64,000 nt of DNA from Octopus sinensis (lineage: Eukaryota). The notes beneath the pieces are model-generated. The model did not search any database. It had not been told where the DNA came from and saw only the letters and a program-made list of their open reading frames with translations. Numbering within the stretch: the stretch's first letter is position 1; the number at the start of each line of letters is the position of its first letter. Both the position numbers and the translations under genes were made by a program. The DNA lies in NCBI RefSeq assembly GCF_006345805.1, contig NC_043000.1, positions 53,878,001-53,942,000 of the forward strand, in the 5' to 3' direction. Below are positions 63,908 to 64,000 of the stretch, piece after piece.

Positions 63908-64000
<93 letters not shown>

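Overview
Eukaryotic, very AT-rich, microsatellite-dense window. The SINE families and TE complement suggest a coleoid cephalopod, probably Octopus (inference). I found no host protein-coding exon I can support, and the many IYIYIY/HTHT ORFs are microsatellite artefacts. The window is a transposon graveyard: a CR1/L2-like LINE (1-2941), an RTE/BovB-like LINE (35105-38270, -), an R4/Dong-like RLE LINE (55430-57730, -), several Tc1/mariner relics, a decayed Helitron, tRNA-derived SINEs, MITEs and many Penelope-like element (PLE) pieces. The main signal lies in the non-coding PLE ends. About 14 type I hammerhead ribozyme (HHR) motifs occur, in at least five sequence families, most with a self-complementary stem III. 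Eight of them sit as outward-facing pairs on four fold-back inverted repeats (8635-9345, 9383-10122, 13462-15612, 47602-48192). In three of these the loop is the last 20-47 recognisable codons of a GIY-YIG endonuclease ORF. Also noted: a possible HDV-like ribozyme (10756-10833, -), a canonical CCAAT-TATA-Inr-GTAAGT promoter and first-exon layout (34373-34481), and a 59-bp hAT MITE with an 8-bp TSD.
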